From Deltaproteobacteria bacterium TL4 (GTDB lineage: Bacteria; SAR324; NAC60-12): 17,196 nucleotides of DNA. The notes below the pieces were generated by a model. It was given only the letters and a program-made list of their open reading frames with translations, was not told where the DNA came from and searched no databases. A program made the position numbers and the translations under genes. Every line of letters starts with the position of its first letter. Positions within the stretch are counted from its first letter, which is position 1. Positions 16,508-17,196 of the stretch are shown one piece after another. The DNA lies in NCBI GenBank assembly GCA_051382335.1, contig JBBCAX010000083.1, forward strand, positions 1-17,196. Reading direction: 5' to 3'.

Positions 16508-17196
16508 CTACAATAGTTGTTGTTTTAGTTGTTCAAGCATCAACTCTAATTCCTCCATTGTTTTCGCCATCAACTCTTCTTTTGAGTTCTGAGTTTGCTT
16601 AAGCACTAATTGAAAGGCTCTAACCTGTCCAATCAAATCACCTTTCTCCAGTCCTTTTTGCAGTCCTTTTTGCAGTCCTTCTTCTCTGCCTTCTTTTCTG
16701 CCTTCAAGCTTTCCCATACCATAAGACGATTCCACCATACTTGCCTGATAATGCAAATCATCAACATAAGACTCATAAGTGGCTCTTTCCTCATCAGAAA
16801 GTTTCATAATATCCAATTTGTCTTTGGCTTCTTTGAGTCCCTTTGCTTGAAATTCCGTTTTGATTTCCTCGTGTTTCAAAAAATAAATCCATTCATCCAG
16901 GGGATCTTTCGCGTGATCATCAAACTGATTTACTTTGATCAAATAATATTCAGGATAAAGCTCATAAATCTTTTGTTTATGGTAAAGTTCCTTCTGACTC
17001 TCACTTAATTGAAGCTCATCGCTTTTATGAATTCCCTTAAACGTGGTGGTTCCCCTATAGACATAATCGGCTCCCTGTCCCAGATCAAAATAAAGGATAT
17101 TGATCGAAATCACCTTGATGATGGTGGAATAAGGTTCGGATTCATGAAGATGTTCGGTGATGATCCGGGAGGTTCCATATAAGATTCTTTGGAGAT
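16508..17196 (-). CDS. Rpn-family / PD-(D/E)XK nuclease-like protein (often annotated putative transposase), 5'-partial
   Basis: The frame stays open to the window edge (LQRILYGTSRIITEHLHESEPYSTIIKVISINILYFDLG). Family features: PEYYLI, LDEWIYFLK, A...L..MKLSDEERATYE and C-terminal G-x-x-E/K repeats. GTG 17113 is internal. Confidence 0.88.
   Translation of the reverse strand, partial: LQRILYGTSRIITEHLHESEPYSTIIKVISINILYFDLGQGADYVYRGTTTFKGIHKSDELQLSESQKELYHKQKIYELYPEYYLIKVNQFDDHAKDPLDEWIYFLKHEEIKTEFQAKGLKEAKDKLDIMKLSDEERATYESYVDDLHYQASMVESSYGMGKLEGRKEGREEGLQKGLQKGLEKGDLIGQVRAFQLVLKQTQNSKEELMAKTMEELELMLEQLKQQLL
16641..16716 (-). repeat. 12-nt in-frame tandem repeat encoding GKLE-GRKE-GREE-GLQK-GLQK-GLEK
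   Basis: Perfect period-12 stretch at 16649-16680 (CAGTCCTTTTTG x2.7), flanked by degenerate units. Confidence 0.85.

Noticed and set aside
16610..17008. 132-aa plus-strand ORF with LQSF repeats
   Set aside because: It is the antisense shadow of the Rpn gene and its 12-nt repeat.

Overview
Bacterial genomic window of moderately low GC, dominated by signal-transduction genes. In order: a hybrid histidine kinase (+), a 7TM-DISM/2xGAF class III adenylate cyclase (-), a stand-alone response regulator (+), a polytopic-membrane chemoreceptor (+), a small 63-aa ORF (-), a 1442-aa membrane protein with GAF-like, degenerate GGDEF and EAL domains (-), and a 122-aa hypothetical (-). These are followed by monomeric NADP-isocitrate dehydrogenase (icd, +) and a partial Rpn/PD-(D/E)XK protein (-) cut by the window edge. 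The most striking item is the 1442-aa protein: three tandem, internally homologous 7TM modules separated by single linker helices (about 25 predicted TMs), wired to a probably active c-di-GMP phosphodiesterase. The 5551-6126 intergenic region hides a decayed IS1634-like transposase fragment joined to a diverged 53-nt copy of the neighbouring cyclase's C-terminal coding region. I saw no rRNA, tRNA or CRISPR array. All family assignments come from motif recognition by eye, not database searches.
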